Source: Candidatus Poribacteria bacterium
GTDB lineage: Bacteria; Poribacteria; WGA-4E; WGA-3G
DNA length: 64,000 nt
Assembly: GCA_965205015.1 (NCBI GenBank)
Contig: OZ242029.1
Coordinates: 992,001-1,056,000 of the forward strand
Reading direction: 5' to 3'
This document shows positions 1 to 8,876 of this stretch, piece by piece; positions within the stretch are counted from its first letter, which is position 1; the number at the start of each line of letters is the position of its first letter. Under the pieces are notes generated by a model. The model was not told where the DNA came from. It worked only from the letters and a program-made list of their open reading frames with translations, and did not search any database. The translations under genes and the position numbers were made by a program.

Positions 1-61
1 TTTCCAACTGCCCCGCGGTAACATCCGATTTTAACTTCAGTAGAACGATGTGTTCAACCAT
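1..61 (-). CDS. 5' part of a probable Dabb (stress-responsive A/B barrel) family protein, runs off the window edge
   Basis: Manual translation MVEHIVLLKLKSDVTAGQLE... matches the typical Dabb N-terminus (MxxHIVLFK); GGAGG SD at 76-80. Confidence 0.6.
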   Translation of the reverse strand, partial: MVEHIVLLKLKSDVTAGQLE

Positions 62-316
62 TCTTTTAATTATGACCTCCTGGGCTGCCCTCCACTCTGT
101 TCCGGGCAGGTTTTCGGTTAATTCGCGCCTGGGTCGGGACCTTTTAAGTCTCAAGAGAAGAACTTTAAAAACGGGACGATCCCCTTCTGGCTCCGCGCAA
201 ATTCATTTTGTTTGGTAAATTGAGAAAAATTATTATATAATCATAAGTATGACACAAATGTTGTTTTTTTTCAAGTTTCAAGAGGTTCGCAAACGCATGA
301 CAAAGGAGTATAAAAA

Positions 317-907
317 ATGAAACTGACTTATGTTTGTATTGCAGCACTCTGTATCGCAGTTGCACTAAGTGCCTTCGCTGCCGATCCAGTAGTCGTCACA
401 GAAATCAAGGATAACAAGGGCGGGATTTATAAAGCCGTCGAGTTGGAAGAGGGTGGAAAATTTTTCCACGATAGGGACTATACGATTACGAATATCCCGA
501 AAGACTTTCTTGGACTCACACAAGTCTCTACGTCAGCAGACTGCCCGGGCGGACAGGAATACCGACTCACATTTGAAATCGACCGGCCGGCTTATATCTA
601 CCAAGCCTGGGATAGCCGACATACACGTCCGGAAGACCGCGGACAGGATCCGAAAGGCTGGTTCACAAAGGGATATACGGATACCGAAGAAATCCTCATG
701 TTGGATGCGCCACACGCTCCAACCGAGTATTTTATCTACAAATCCAATGAACCGCATCCGAAAGGAATGGTGGAATTGCTCGGTATTGATGAAGTCATCG
801 GAGACCCGGTCCTCATGTGGACGATCTTCCTCGAAGAAGGTGTGCTTCCGGTTGACCCAGCTGGAAGTCTAACGACAACGTGGGGTGAAATCAAATCGGA
901 TCAGTAG
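317..907 (+). CDS. Secreted hypothetical protein with C-terminal VDPAGSLTTTWGEIK motif
   Basis: 196 aa ORF, signal peptide (ALSAFA-A), AAGGAG SD. Confidence 0.8.
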   Translation: MKLTYVCIAALCIAVALSAFAADPVVVTEIKDNKGGIYKAVELEEGGKFFHDRDYTITNIPKDFLGLTQVSTSADCPGGQEYRLTFEIDRPAYIYQAWDSRHTRPEDRGQDPKGWFTKGYTDTEEILMLDAPHAPTEYFIYKSNEPHPKGMVELLGIDEVIGDPVLMWTIFLEEGVLPVDPAGSLTTTWGEIKSDQ

Positions 908-929
908 TGCTATCAGTCAAACCACATTG

Positions 930-963
930 TAAAACAAGCGGGCTTCTCAGCCCGCTTGTTTTA
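930..963. terminator. Bidirectional intrinsic terminator
   Basis: Perfect hairpin taaaacaagcgggct-tctc-agcccgcttgtttta between convergent genes. Confidence 0.85.
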
Positions 964-1061
964 TTTATGGATTCGATATAAAATTTTTGCGGATGGCACG
1001 ATCCTCCTCCGGGATTGGGAGAAAATCATCACCAAACCCCGTGCCAGTAAACCGGAAAAAA

Positions 1062-1415
1062 TTAATAGATAATACACACACCACCGGCACAGGCACTCCC
1101 TGGCTTCTGCGTCACATCACCAGCGACACTGTCAGCCTCGCCTGCCTCAAACTCAGCAACGATCGACAGCGTTTCCGCTGCCGGCTCGGATAGACTGAGT
1201 TGGAGTGTATCACTCTGCGTGAAAGTCACCGTGCATCCTGTCATCTGAAAAAGGGCAATCAAGATGCAGAAGAGAACGAAAATGGCTTTCGGAACCCCTC
1301 GGAACCCCTCGGAACTCTTCAAGAAAGAGGTTTTCTGGTGAAGTGATATCTCTGGCCGATCACGACGCAAGCCGCGTGTGGACTTGCGGGACAATGCTAT
1401 AAAAATGTGTTTCAT
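1062..1415 (-). CDS. Small hypothetical (lipo)protein ending CAGGVCIIY; start uncertain
   Basis: Starts 3 nt after the DUF362 stop; hydrophobic stretch followed by MTGC. Confidence 0.45.
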   Translation of the reverse strand: MKHIFIALSRKSTRGLRRDRPEISLHQKTSFLKSSEGFRGVPKAIFVLFCILIALFQMTGCTVTFTQSDTLQLSLSEPAAETLSIVAEFEAGEADSVAGDVTQKPGSACAGGVCIIY

Positions 1416-1417
1416 TG

Positions 1418-2545
1418 TTAAACCTCAATGCTCCGAAGCTCGGCTTGGTCAAGTGTATTTGTGCCTAAACCGAGCCCACTTGCTGTGTTGATATGGTTTG
1501 CTAATTTAGATACGGAATCCAACTCCATCTCCTCGCGCTTCTGGTTGACAGTCTGAAGGACAAGGACATCGAGAAGCACTGGATCTGTACTGACAAAGAG
1601 ACTGTTATATTTCCACGTGCTTTCGGCGTGATATGTCGGTCCTCGATCAAAAGAGGCGACCAACCCATCAACGATATTCAGGACAAGTTTATCCTTTAAA
1701 ACTTTATGCTCCAGAATCTCAGCGATAGCCGGGTTGCAATAAATCGGCTTTGCATGGAACCGACGTGTGTTATCAACACTGCCAAACGCGAGGTTCTTTA
1801 AACACCCACTGACACCCGCCATTTCATGGTGTTTCAAAACAGGAACATTAATCAATACATCAACATGCTGCGTAACGATTCGGGAATACCGGGAGCGAGT
1901 GCTTTCGTTCTCTCGGCGGTTAACACTGTCTTTTTCACTCTCGTAAAACACCTCGTCATCATACCCAATCCCCTCTGTGTCAGAGGCAAAAGTCTGCACT
2001 TCCCCCTCGTCTTGCTTGATGGGGTACCCAGCGTTCAAGAGGTGGCTTTCAAATCGGTCCCAGATAATAATTTGTTTTTTGAGAACACCCGCGCCGTATA
2101 CCCCCTCAACGATCTTATCAACAATGATAGGATGTGTGCTGAGTTCTGGTCCACCGAGTGGGTTAATTTTTATGCCAACGATGTCGTCGGGTAGGACAAT
2201 ATCCCGCCACGCTTCTTTCGCGGAGGCACGTCCAGTGAACTTCATCATCGCCTGATCGAGTAATTCACTGACAGCATCTTCATCGAGCCGATCGCCATCC
2301 CAGACGTTTTCACTGACAGCCTCAACAACAGGCGTCAGGGGTGTTGTTGTCGTGGTATCGGGCTGTGACTGCCCACTACTCAGCTGCGCGAACGCCGGAA
2401 GTGCACTCAGCGCGCCACCGATGCCGCCAACACCCGTAGCAAGCCGGGTTAAGAATTGTCGGCGGTCAAGTGCATCTCGGTGCCGCGCAGCTTCTTCGCT
2501 GTCGGCGATAATCTCTTCTATAACGGTGTCGCAAGGTTTCATCAA
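1418..2545 (-). CDS. DUF362 family protein with Tat signal
   Basis: RRQFL twin-arginine motif; VGIKIN, INVPVLKHH, SGCLKNL, DPVLLD motifs. Confidence 0.8.
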   Translation of the reverse strand: MMKPCDTVIEEIIADSEEAARHRDALDRRQFLTRLATGVGGIGGALSALPAFAQLSSGQSQPDTTTTTPLTPVVEAVSENVWDGDRLDEDAVSELLDQAMMKFTGRASAKEAWRDIVLPDDIVGIKINPLGGPELSTHPIIVDKIVEGVYGAGVLKKQIIIWDRFESHLLNAGYPIKQDEGEVQTFASDTEGIGYDDEVFYESEKDSVNRRENESTRSRYSRIVTQHVDVLINVPVLKHHEMAGVSGCLKNLAFGSVDNTRRFHAKPIYCNPAIAEILEHKVLKDKLVLNIVDGLVASFDRGPTYHAESTWKYNSLFVSTDPVLLDVLVLQTVNQKREEMELDSVSKLANHINTASGLGLGTNTLDQAELRSIEV

Positions 2546-3723
2546 AGTTTCCCCAATTCCGTGAGAATCTGTGCTGTCGGCACACGGACAGCTACCCCGT
2601 CAATGGATTTCCAAGCGACTGTTCCGTCCTTACGAAGGACATAGGATGCAGGACGGGCTATCCTGTCGTTACCAGGATCCAAGACGTTGTAGGCATTGAT
2701 TACCGCTCTGTCCTTATCCGAGAGGACAGGGAATTCAAGTCCACTGCCTTGGACTGTCTTTTTGGTATCGCCTTCATCATCGGAACTGATAGCGATGAGT
2801 TCCGCGCCTGCCGCCCGAATTTTAGCATAGTTTTTTTGCAACTCTCCGAGTTGTCCTCTACAGAACGGTCACCAGCCGCCGCGGTAAAATACAAGCACTA
2901 CGTTCTTGTTTCCGACAGAATCAGCGAGTGCGTGCAATTTGCCATCACTATCCGGTAGTTCAAAGGCGGGTGCCTGACTTTCGAGACTCAAGCCTTGCCC
3001 CGGATCCAACTTCTCCGGTTCAGCCCGCCGAGTCAGTCGAACCCGTAGTTCCAATGTTTCCGCCGCAGGTATCGGATGCACGGGAACTTCGGTCTCTTCG
3101 TAACCCACATGTGCGATTGATAAGGTAAAGGCTTGCTCGACAGGGAGATTTTCAAAGGTGAAAACACCTGCTCCTGTTGTCAACGCCTCGTAAACTTTCC
3201 CGGCTTTCTCAGTGAGTTGGAGATGGACTTGAGAAATTGGGGCACCTGTCGCTGCGTCGGTTAGAATCCCCTGTAGATGCGAGACGGGTTGATCCAATAC
3301 CACCAGTGCGATTTTATCGAGTGAGATGCTCTGGTCGGCTGTGATGGTAACGTTCAGTTCCGTTGTTTGGTAACCCTTCGCTGAAATTTGGAGGGTGTAG
3401 TCTCCAAATTCAGTTTCCTTAAGACGATAAGTTCCAACCTCGCCTAAACTTGTGGTAGAGAGTTCGCCTTGAAACCCATCCACGGTCGCTCCTTTTGTGT
3501 ACCCTTTTGCAAATTCCATTTGCGCTATGAGTCGTCCTGCTTTTAACACCCGTACGTAGATGGTTTCGTCTCCGATTAATTCAATTTCGCCAGAGAACGC
3601 GCCTGTTGCTACGGTTTCAACCGTCAATGTATCTCCCGTCTCCTCAAGGGGGTTCTCTGTTCCACAATTTAACCCAGTGAGTAGCAAGAGTGCTAAAGCG
3701 AGACCTGCTTGTATCTGTTTCAT
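2542..3723 (-). CDS. Selenocysteine-containing peroxiredoxin-like (AhpC/TSA) lipoprotein with N-terminal carboxypeptidase-regulatory-like beta domains; 393 aa with UGA readthrough at 2869-2871
   Basis: ORFs 2869..3723 and 2542..2841 are in frame; joined sequence reads VLVFYRGGW-U-PFCRGQLGELQKNY (UxxC); hairpin caactc-gga-gagttg 15 nt after the UGA; lipobox-like GLNC. Confidence 0.85.
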
Positions 3724-3733
3724 TCTTTTGCCC

Positions 3734-4531
3734 CTATTGGCGTTTAATTCTGCCCCACGTCGTTGTCAACTTGTTCACGGGTTCAACCGCCGCGGCGGTT
3801 TCAACCCCGTTCTCCATAAGAAATTTCATATCTTCCTCTTCCAAAGCAACATTGAAGAGGGCAACATCGTCAATAATACCTTCAGTATATCGATCATAAT
3901 GTCGTGCGATGTGAAATACGCCTTCGCCGGTGCCGTATCCATCTTTTTTGTTGAAATCAATCTCGGCTTCCATCTCGCCATCCACCCATATTGAGGACTT
4001 GCCGCTGGAAGCATCCGCTCGTCCCGCGATGAAGTGCCACTTCTCGTCGGCGATAACAGTGGTGCCGTGGCAAGGGAAACTTGTTGACGCGCTATCGCGC
4101 AAATACAGACTCACGGTGTTCTTGGTTCCATTGTCCCAAAGAAGATACCACGGCAATACTTGCGATGTATCCTCATAGTTTTTACCGACGAGTGAGCCGC
4201 CAACCTTACTACCCTTGTAATAGAGGGTGATCGTGAACGAGACACCCGCCTTAAACCCGACAGTGTCTGAGTGCGGAACTTCAACCCAATTGCTGGCACC
4301 ATCAAATTCAAGTGCTTTTCCAAATTTCCCATCTACCCATTTTGCGCCGTGAATTTCACCATCGTTTCCGTGCTCTGACGAATCGGTGGCAACCCCACCT
4401 TTCCCTTCATCAAAAAGCCACATTCCCGTGATACTCTTTGGGTCAATCTCAGCAAAACTGGGGAGTGCCACGAATAAAAAGACCACCATAAAACTCGCGA
4501 GCGTTATTCGCACATTTTTAACTAAAAACAT
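3734..4531 (-). CDS. Secreted LamG-like jellyroll protein with C-terminal VEPVNKLTTTWGRIK motif
   Basis: Signal peptide; WLFDEG, GKFGKALEFDG, WHFIA, GIIDDVALFN motifs. Confidence 0.85.
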   Translation of the reverse strand: MFLVKNVRITLASFMVVFLFVALPSFAEIDPKSITGMWLFDEGKGGVATDSSEHGNDGEIHGAKWVDGKFGKALEFDGASNWVEVPHSDTVGFKAGVSFTITLYYKGSKVGGSLVGKNYEDTSQVLPWYLLWDNGTKNTVSLYLRDSASTSFPCHGTTVIADEKWHFIAGRADASSGKSSIWVDGEMEAEIDFNKKDGYGTGEGVFHIARHYDRYTEGIIDDVALFNVALEEEDMKFLMENGVETAAAVEPVNKLTTTWGRIKRQ

Positions 4532-4574
4532 TAGCGTTCCTCCTTAGAACATCCGTCAGTTCACAACATAGAGG

Positions 4575-4590
4575 TGCAATTTTTATGCCA
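4575..4590 (-). promoter_or_regulatory. Sigma-54 (-24/-12) promoter upstream of the LamG/selenoprotein/DUF362 operon
   Basis: TGGCAT-AAAAA-TTGCA matches TGGCAC-N5-TTGCW, about 45 nt upstream of the start codon. Confidence 0.55.
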
Positions 4591-4709
4591 TTCCATTTTC
4601 CATCTCAAGCGTGAGACTTCGCACGAAATGGGACAATTCTCGTCTCAGCGTGCACAAAAAGGGGCAATTGCGAACGGCTGAAATATCAGATACGCGTTCT
4701 CACTTCTAT

Positions 4710-4739
4710 AGTATACCATTGATGGTAGCATTCTGTCAA
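4710..4739 (-). promoter_or_regulatory. Sigma-70-type promoter
   Basis: TTGACA-18 nt-TATACT with extended -10 TG. Confidence 0.5.
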
Positions 4740-4751
4740 ATCGAAACGAAC

Positions 4752-6111
4752 GTCACTTACCCCCATTTTTTTTCGAGAGTAGATTGTAGTTGATGCCATC
4801 AGGTTTGTATGCGAGAAAGTCAGTTTCCAAGGGTTTCCCAAGGCGGATCGCCCCTGGAATGTATCTGCGTGAAAAAGGAGATGAGAAAATGTTGGTTCCA
4901 TAAGTCGGTGAGCACGCGTTTGATAATAGTAATAACAGAAAAAGTTTTTCTGTTATTACTATTATGTGCCTTCTGCCAGTGTGTAGAGGCGACCTTCTCA
5001 TAACTGATAAACACCAATCCATAAGCCAAGCAGGCACACAGCCAGAGAACATCCAGACGCGTTTGTGTCGGTTTTTTCAAGACGAGTTTGCCAAAGCCGA
5101 AGCACGACTTTATATCTCGGAACCCGTGTTCAATCTGCATGCGTCTTTTGTAGCAGTGATGTATCTGATGTCCACTGAGGCGATTTGAGATAAGATACAT
5201 CGGGTCTTTAAAGGCACCGTCTCTGAGGATATAAAGTTGAAGCGGTATCTGCTCCTGCGACTGATAAAGGATATACGGATACCAGCCCGCTTCAAGGTCA
5301 TCAAGTTTCTTCAGACTCCCATCATGCCTGATACCGACATGCCTCGCAACACGCATCACGAACGCAATATCCCGTGCCTTGAGAAACTTGATGACGTATC
5401 GCGCACGCCCAAAACCACGGTCAAACACCAGAACAGGTCGTTGTTGATGCCGCGACACGACCCCTAAAGCCTCTTGATAAACATGAACACAGAAGTATTG
5501 GATGATTTCATTATGACTCTTATAGATACCCTCGTGAAGCTGTTGATCGCTATAGATGAACCAAAAGACAGGGATCGCACGATGCCGAAACGGGATCGAA
5601 ACAACAAGTGCTTTCCACCCGGCAATCAGAGACGTCTCATCAACGAGCAAATACAGATGAGCGTTGGCATCCTTGGAAAACCAACCTACAACCGACACAA
5701 ACCAAGCACGTTTCAGCGCATCCACAGGCAACGGGGTGTCAAGGAAACGCAGAAACCTTTTCTGTTTCGACTTTTCCCGCTTGACGACGAGCGACAAACG
5801 CGACGCAATTTCATTGATCCGAAACGTCGGGGCAACACTGATCGCTATCAAGACCAACACCAGATTCCGAAAAACCGGTTTTTTCATACCAACAGACTTG
5901 AAGATTTCTCCAAAACGTGCTATCATTGTTTCTGGATTTACCCGTTTTGGGTATCTCTTTTTCATAAAATACCTCCTTACATGTTTTGTAAACTCGATTA
6001 CAAACGGTTGCCGTAAGGAGGTATTTTATCATAAACCCACTGACTTTCTCACACTTTTTACAACAAAAACCTTTCACCACAAACCTTCAGAAAAAAATGG
6101 GGGTAAGTGAC
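4752..6111 (-). mobile_element. Complete IS4-like insertion sequence, ~1360 bp
   Basis: Terminal inverted repeats gtcacttacccccattttttt / aaaaaaatgggggtaagtgac; 9-bp direct repeat gaaacgaac at 4743-4751 and 6112-6120. Confidence 0.9.
4820..5965 (-). CDS. IS4-family DDE transposase
   Basis: LLVDET, VFDRGF and YKRRMQIEHGFRDIK (Y-2-R-3-E-6-K signature). Confidence 0.9.
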   Translation of the reverse strand: MKKRYPKRVNPETMIARFGEIFKSVGMKKPVFRNLVLVLIAISVAPTFRINEIASRLSLVVKREKSKQKRFLRFLDTPLPVDALKRAWFVSVVGWFSKDANAHLYLLVDETSLIAGWKALVVSIPFRHRAIPVFWFIYSDQQLHEGIYKSHNEIIQYFCVHVYQEALGVVSRHQQRPVLVFDRGFGRARYVIKFLKARDIAFVMRVARHVGIRHDGSLKKLDDLEAGWYPYILYQSQEQIPLQLYILRDGAFKDPMYLISNRLSGHQIHHCYKRRMQIEHGFRDIKSCFGFGKLVLKKPTQTRLDVLWLCACLAYGLVFISYEKVASTHWQKAHNSNNRKTFSVITIIKRVLTDLWNQHFLISFFTQIHSRGDPPWETLGN

Positions 6112-6149
6112 GAAACGAACAGGTCTATTTCGGATTTCATGCGTCAGTT

Positions 6150-7046
6150 TCAACGCGATCTTGCCTTGATCTGTCCCCATGTAGTGGTTAGAGAGGTACC
6201 CCGAGGATTAACAGCAAGCGCACCGCTGGTAGTTGCGCCGTTCATCCCGATTAGCGTCTTACCGTTTCCTGATGCATCTCGAAAGCGGTCTGCCCCTGCT
6301 GGCTCATCAAAATTCCATAGCGCCAAGGTGTGTTCATCACTCTCGAAACGATGGGGCGGATCGAAGGGTGTAATGCCTTTCTTAGCAGGTAAGTCATATC
6401 GAGCGATATTTGAAAATCTTATCGCATCAATTTCGCCATGAAAGTAAGTCGTTTGGGATAACATTATGCCGTCTCTATTGACTCGGATTCCAATTTTATG
6501 AAAGCCCCCGACAAAGAAATTTTTATATTCTTCAGCCCAATTGAGCTCCGCAGCCACTCGATCCACCAAAGGAAACCGTGTTTGAAGGATGCGATTGTTG
6601 TATGCGAAGTTAAATGCGCCATCTTTGAAAATGACTGCCAGATAGTTCCATCGATCTTTCTCCACTTCAACGTCAAGTGTTATCACGCCTTTAACTTTTC
6701 CTTCAAGATGCGCCACGCCATAACAACAGAGTTGATTCTTATCAAGGTTACAATCCTGAGTATTTGAGGTCAACCCGAAGGCAACTTGCTGGCTGAGAAT
6801 GAGATTCCTCTCTGTGAGATTATCCCTTCCACGCTTGGGTCCAGACTTCGGATAGAACCATACCTCGGCGGTAAAATCAAGGGTGTTTGCCGGGATCAAA
6901 TATCCGTGTTCGACAAATGAAAGTATCGCATAGTCATCATCACCATCCAGTACCAAGACACCATCGGAAGGCTTGAAGGAAAAAACAGGCAGAACCAAGT
7001 TGAATAATAGTGCAGTGCCGAGTAGAAACCTAAAGTTAATAACCAT
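6150..7046 (-). CDS. Secreted LamG-like protein with C-terminal VNPRGTSLTTTWGQIK motif
   Basis: Signal peptide; LDGDDDY, FTAEVW, FHGEIDAIRFS, LALWNFDE motifs. Confidence 0.8.
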   Translation of the reverse strand: MVINFRFLLGTALLFNLVLPVFSFKPSDGVLVLDGDDDYAILSFVEHGYLIPANTLDFTAEVWFYPKSGPKRGRDNLTERNLILSQQVAFGLTSNTQDCNLDKNQLCCYGVAHLEGKVKGVITLDVEVEKDRWNYLAVIFKDGAFNFAYNNRILQTRFPLVDRVAAELNWAEEYKNFFVGGFHKIGIRVNRDGIMLSQTTYFHGEIDAIRFSNIARYDLPAKKGITPFDPPHRFESDEHTLALWNFDEPAGADRFRDASGNGKTLIGMNGATTSGALAVNPRGTSLTTTWGQIKARSR

Positions 7047-7233
7047 GAAAATCCGCCTCCTATCGAAAACAACCGCACCTCAGTTCAGGAACTATTAATG
7101 TTATGGTGTGTTCACGCTTTCATATGATACAGTCGTAACTTTAGTTGCTGCATACCATAATTATCTTCAAGTTCTCCTTCATACACGGACACGGTAAACT
7201 TGCTAATTAGAGGTTCATTGTAAATCCCATTGA

Positions 7234-7263
7234 TTGACAAAGAGACCCTGTTTTTGATAAAAT
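7234..7263 (+). promoter_or_regulatory. Sigma-70-type promoter for the PorV-like gene
   Basis: TTGACA-18 nt-TAAAAT with TG extension. Confidence 0.55.
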
Positions 7264-7361
7264 GGTCTTGCCTTACCATACAACTCAGACTCTAAGGAGA
7301 CAGACGGACGAAAAACACAAATCGCTTCCCCTATTTCACTATTAAACGCTCGCGATGCCTC

Positions 7362-8225
7362 TTGTTAATGCTAATTTTGTTGCTAAATGGATCGGTTAAC
7401 GCGGCATTTGAGAATATCGAACTCATGGCGGGACCCGCGGGGATGGGAAGTGCGTACTCGGCAGCAACGCAGGATACCAGCGCACTGATATGGAATCCCG
7501 CAGGTTTGGCACGATTACGGACTCCCGAAATCGGTGTCAGTTACCTCGATCTGCACGGTGTATTAGGTTACAGTTTTGTCGGCGTGGCACACCCGATTCG
7601 GAAAGGACACACCCTCGGCGCAGCACTCCTAAACTCAAGTGACACAGAAGGCATCTCTCAAGAACGGATTGTGCTGTTGTCGCTCGCAACCCGTATATGG
7701 AAGAGACTGCATATCGGTATGAATGCGAAGTATTTTAGCACTTCGGTCAATCTGGAGCAGATACCGTTAGGGCGTGGGACAGGATGGGGCACCGATCTCG
7801 GCATCCAGTATGACTTTATGAGGGAAATCGTTAGAATCGGGATAGTCCTCCCGAACCTGTTCTCGAATCTGTCGTATCGTCGACTTGAAAAAACGACTTC
7901 CAAGAACACCTACAGCGAGTCACTTCTACGTGAATGGCGTATCGGTGCTGCGGTAAGCGTCAATTTCGGCGCAGGGGCACCCTACAGACAACTGGAGACT
8001 GTGTTAGCAGCTTTTGAGATCGCTAACGGTGTCCCGCTTATCGGATGCGAGTACCGGAGTGATATAAGATACGGTGAATTTGCGCTGCGGTTGGGATGGC
8101 GTTTCGGCGATGGACTCACTGCTGGATTCGGCTACCAGCGCGGTAATATCGGGTTAGATTACGCCTTCGTGAACGAGAGATACGGTTCCCAAACCTCACT
8201 GTTCTCAGTCCGACTGTTCTATTGA
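7362..8225 (+). CDS. PorV/PorQ/FadL-like outer-membrane beta-barrel protein
   Basis: GMGSAYSA...ALIWNPAGLA N-terminal motif, GLDYAF, terminal aromatic residue; start codon uncertain. Confidence 0.7.
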   Translation: MLMLILLLNGSVNAAFENIELMAGPAGMGSAYSAATQDTSALIWNPAGLARLRTPEIGVSYLDLHGVLGYSFVGVAHPIRKGHTLGAALLNSSDTEGISQERIVLLSLATRIWKRLHIGMNAKYFSTSVNLEQIPLGRGTGWGTDLGIQYDFMREIVRIGIVLPNLFSNLSYRRLEKTTSKNTYSESLLREWRIGAAVSVNFGAGAPYRQLETVLAAFEIANGVPLIGCEYRSDIRYGEFALRLGWRFGDGLTAGFGYQRGNIGLDYAFVNERYGSQTSLFSVRLFY

Positions 8226-8316
8226 TTTTTGGATGGGGTTGAGGGTAAACTATCCACAGCAAAATCCATGAGGGTCAGAACCCATCTTGTGATTATCCCA
8301 AAAAGGAGGCGACACA

Positions 8317-8565
8317 ATGGAAAAATCAACGATTATTCAAGAAATTATCCAGCGATTAGACAAACTCACACCTATGCAACAGAAACAAATTTTGAATTCT
8401 GTTCTCTCTTTTTTAGGGGAACCGATAAGAGGCACACCGGGAAAGGAACTGCTTAAATTTGTAGGTACAATCTCGAAGGAAGACTTGGAAATCATGAAGC
8501 AGACAATTGAGGAAGGATGTGGAATGGCATCGTTATCGCAAGGACAGCATACCAAAAAGCGTTGA
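8317..8565 (+). CDS. Putative antitoxin, copy 1
   Basis: Paralog of 8652..8876 (GTISKEDLEIMKQ.IEEGC); identical SD context aaaaggaggcgacacaATG. Confidence 0.7.
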   Translation: MEKSTIIQEIIQRLDKLTPMQQKQILNSVLSFLGEPIRGTPGKELLKFVGTISKEDLEIMKQTIEEGCGMASLSQGQHTKKR

Positions 8566-8651
8566 TTTTCTTATACGACCTATGATAAAATTCTTTCAAG
8601 AGATTGGTAGGCACAGAAACCCCAGCCCCTAATCGAAAAGGAGGCGACACA

Positions 8652-8876
8652 ATGGACAATTTAAAGACAGAACTTTTGGAACAGATAGAAAAACTCACTC
8701 CCCTGCAACAGAAACAGGTTTTGGATTTTGCGTTAGAACTTTCGGGTGAACTGTCAAAACGTTACCCGGGAAAAAATCTGCTTCAATTCGCTGGTACGAT
8801 TTCAAAGGAAGATTTAGAAATAATGAAACAAGCAATTGAGGAAGGGTGTGAGCAGATTGATGAATCAGAATGGTAG
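8652..8876 (+). CDS. Putative antitoxin, copy 2 (cognate of VapC)
   Basis: 74 aa, acidic C-terminus overlapping the PIN toxin start. Confidence 0.75.
   Translation: MDNLKTELLEQIEKLTPLQQKQVLDFALELSGELSKRYPGKNLLQFAGTISKEDLEIMKQAIEEGCEQIDESEW

Noticed and set aside
1291-1320. 10-bp tandem repeat ggaacccctc x3, and 8-9-bp repeats at 60061-60200
   Set aside because: Short low-copy simple repeats with no further supportable function
2542-3723. Pseudogene or two separate genes
   Set aside because: The single TGA sits at the redox-active position, in frame, with a SECIS-like hairpin; Sec readthrough explains it better
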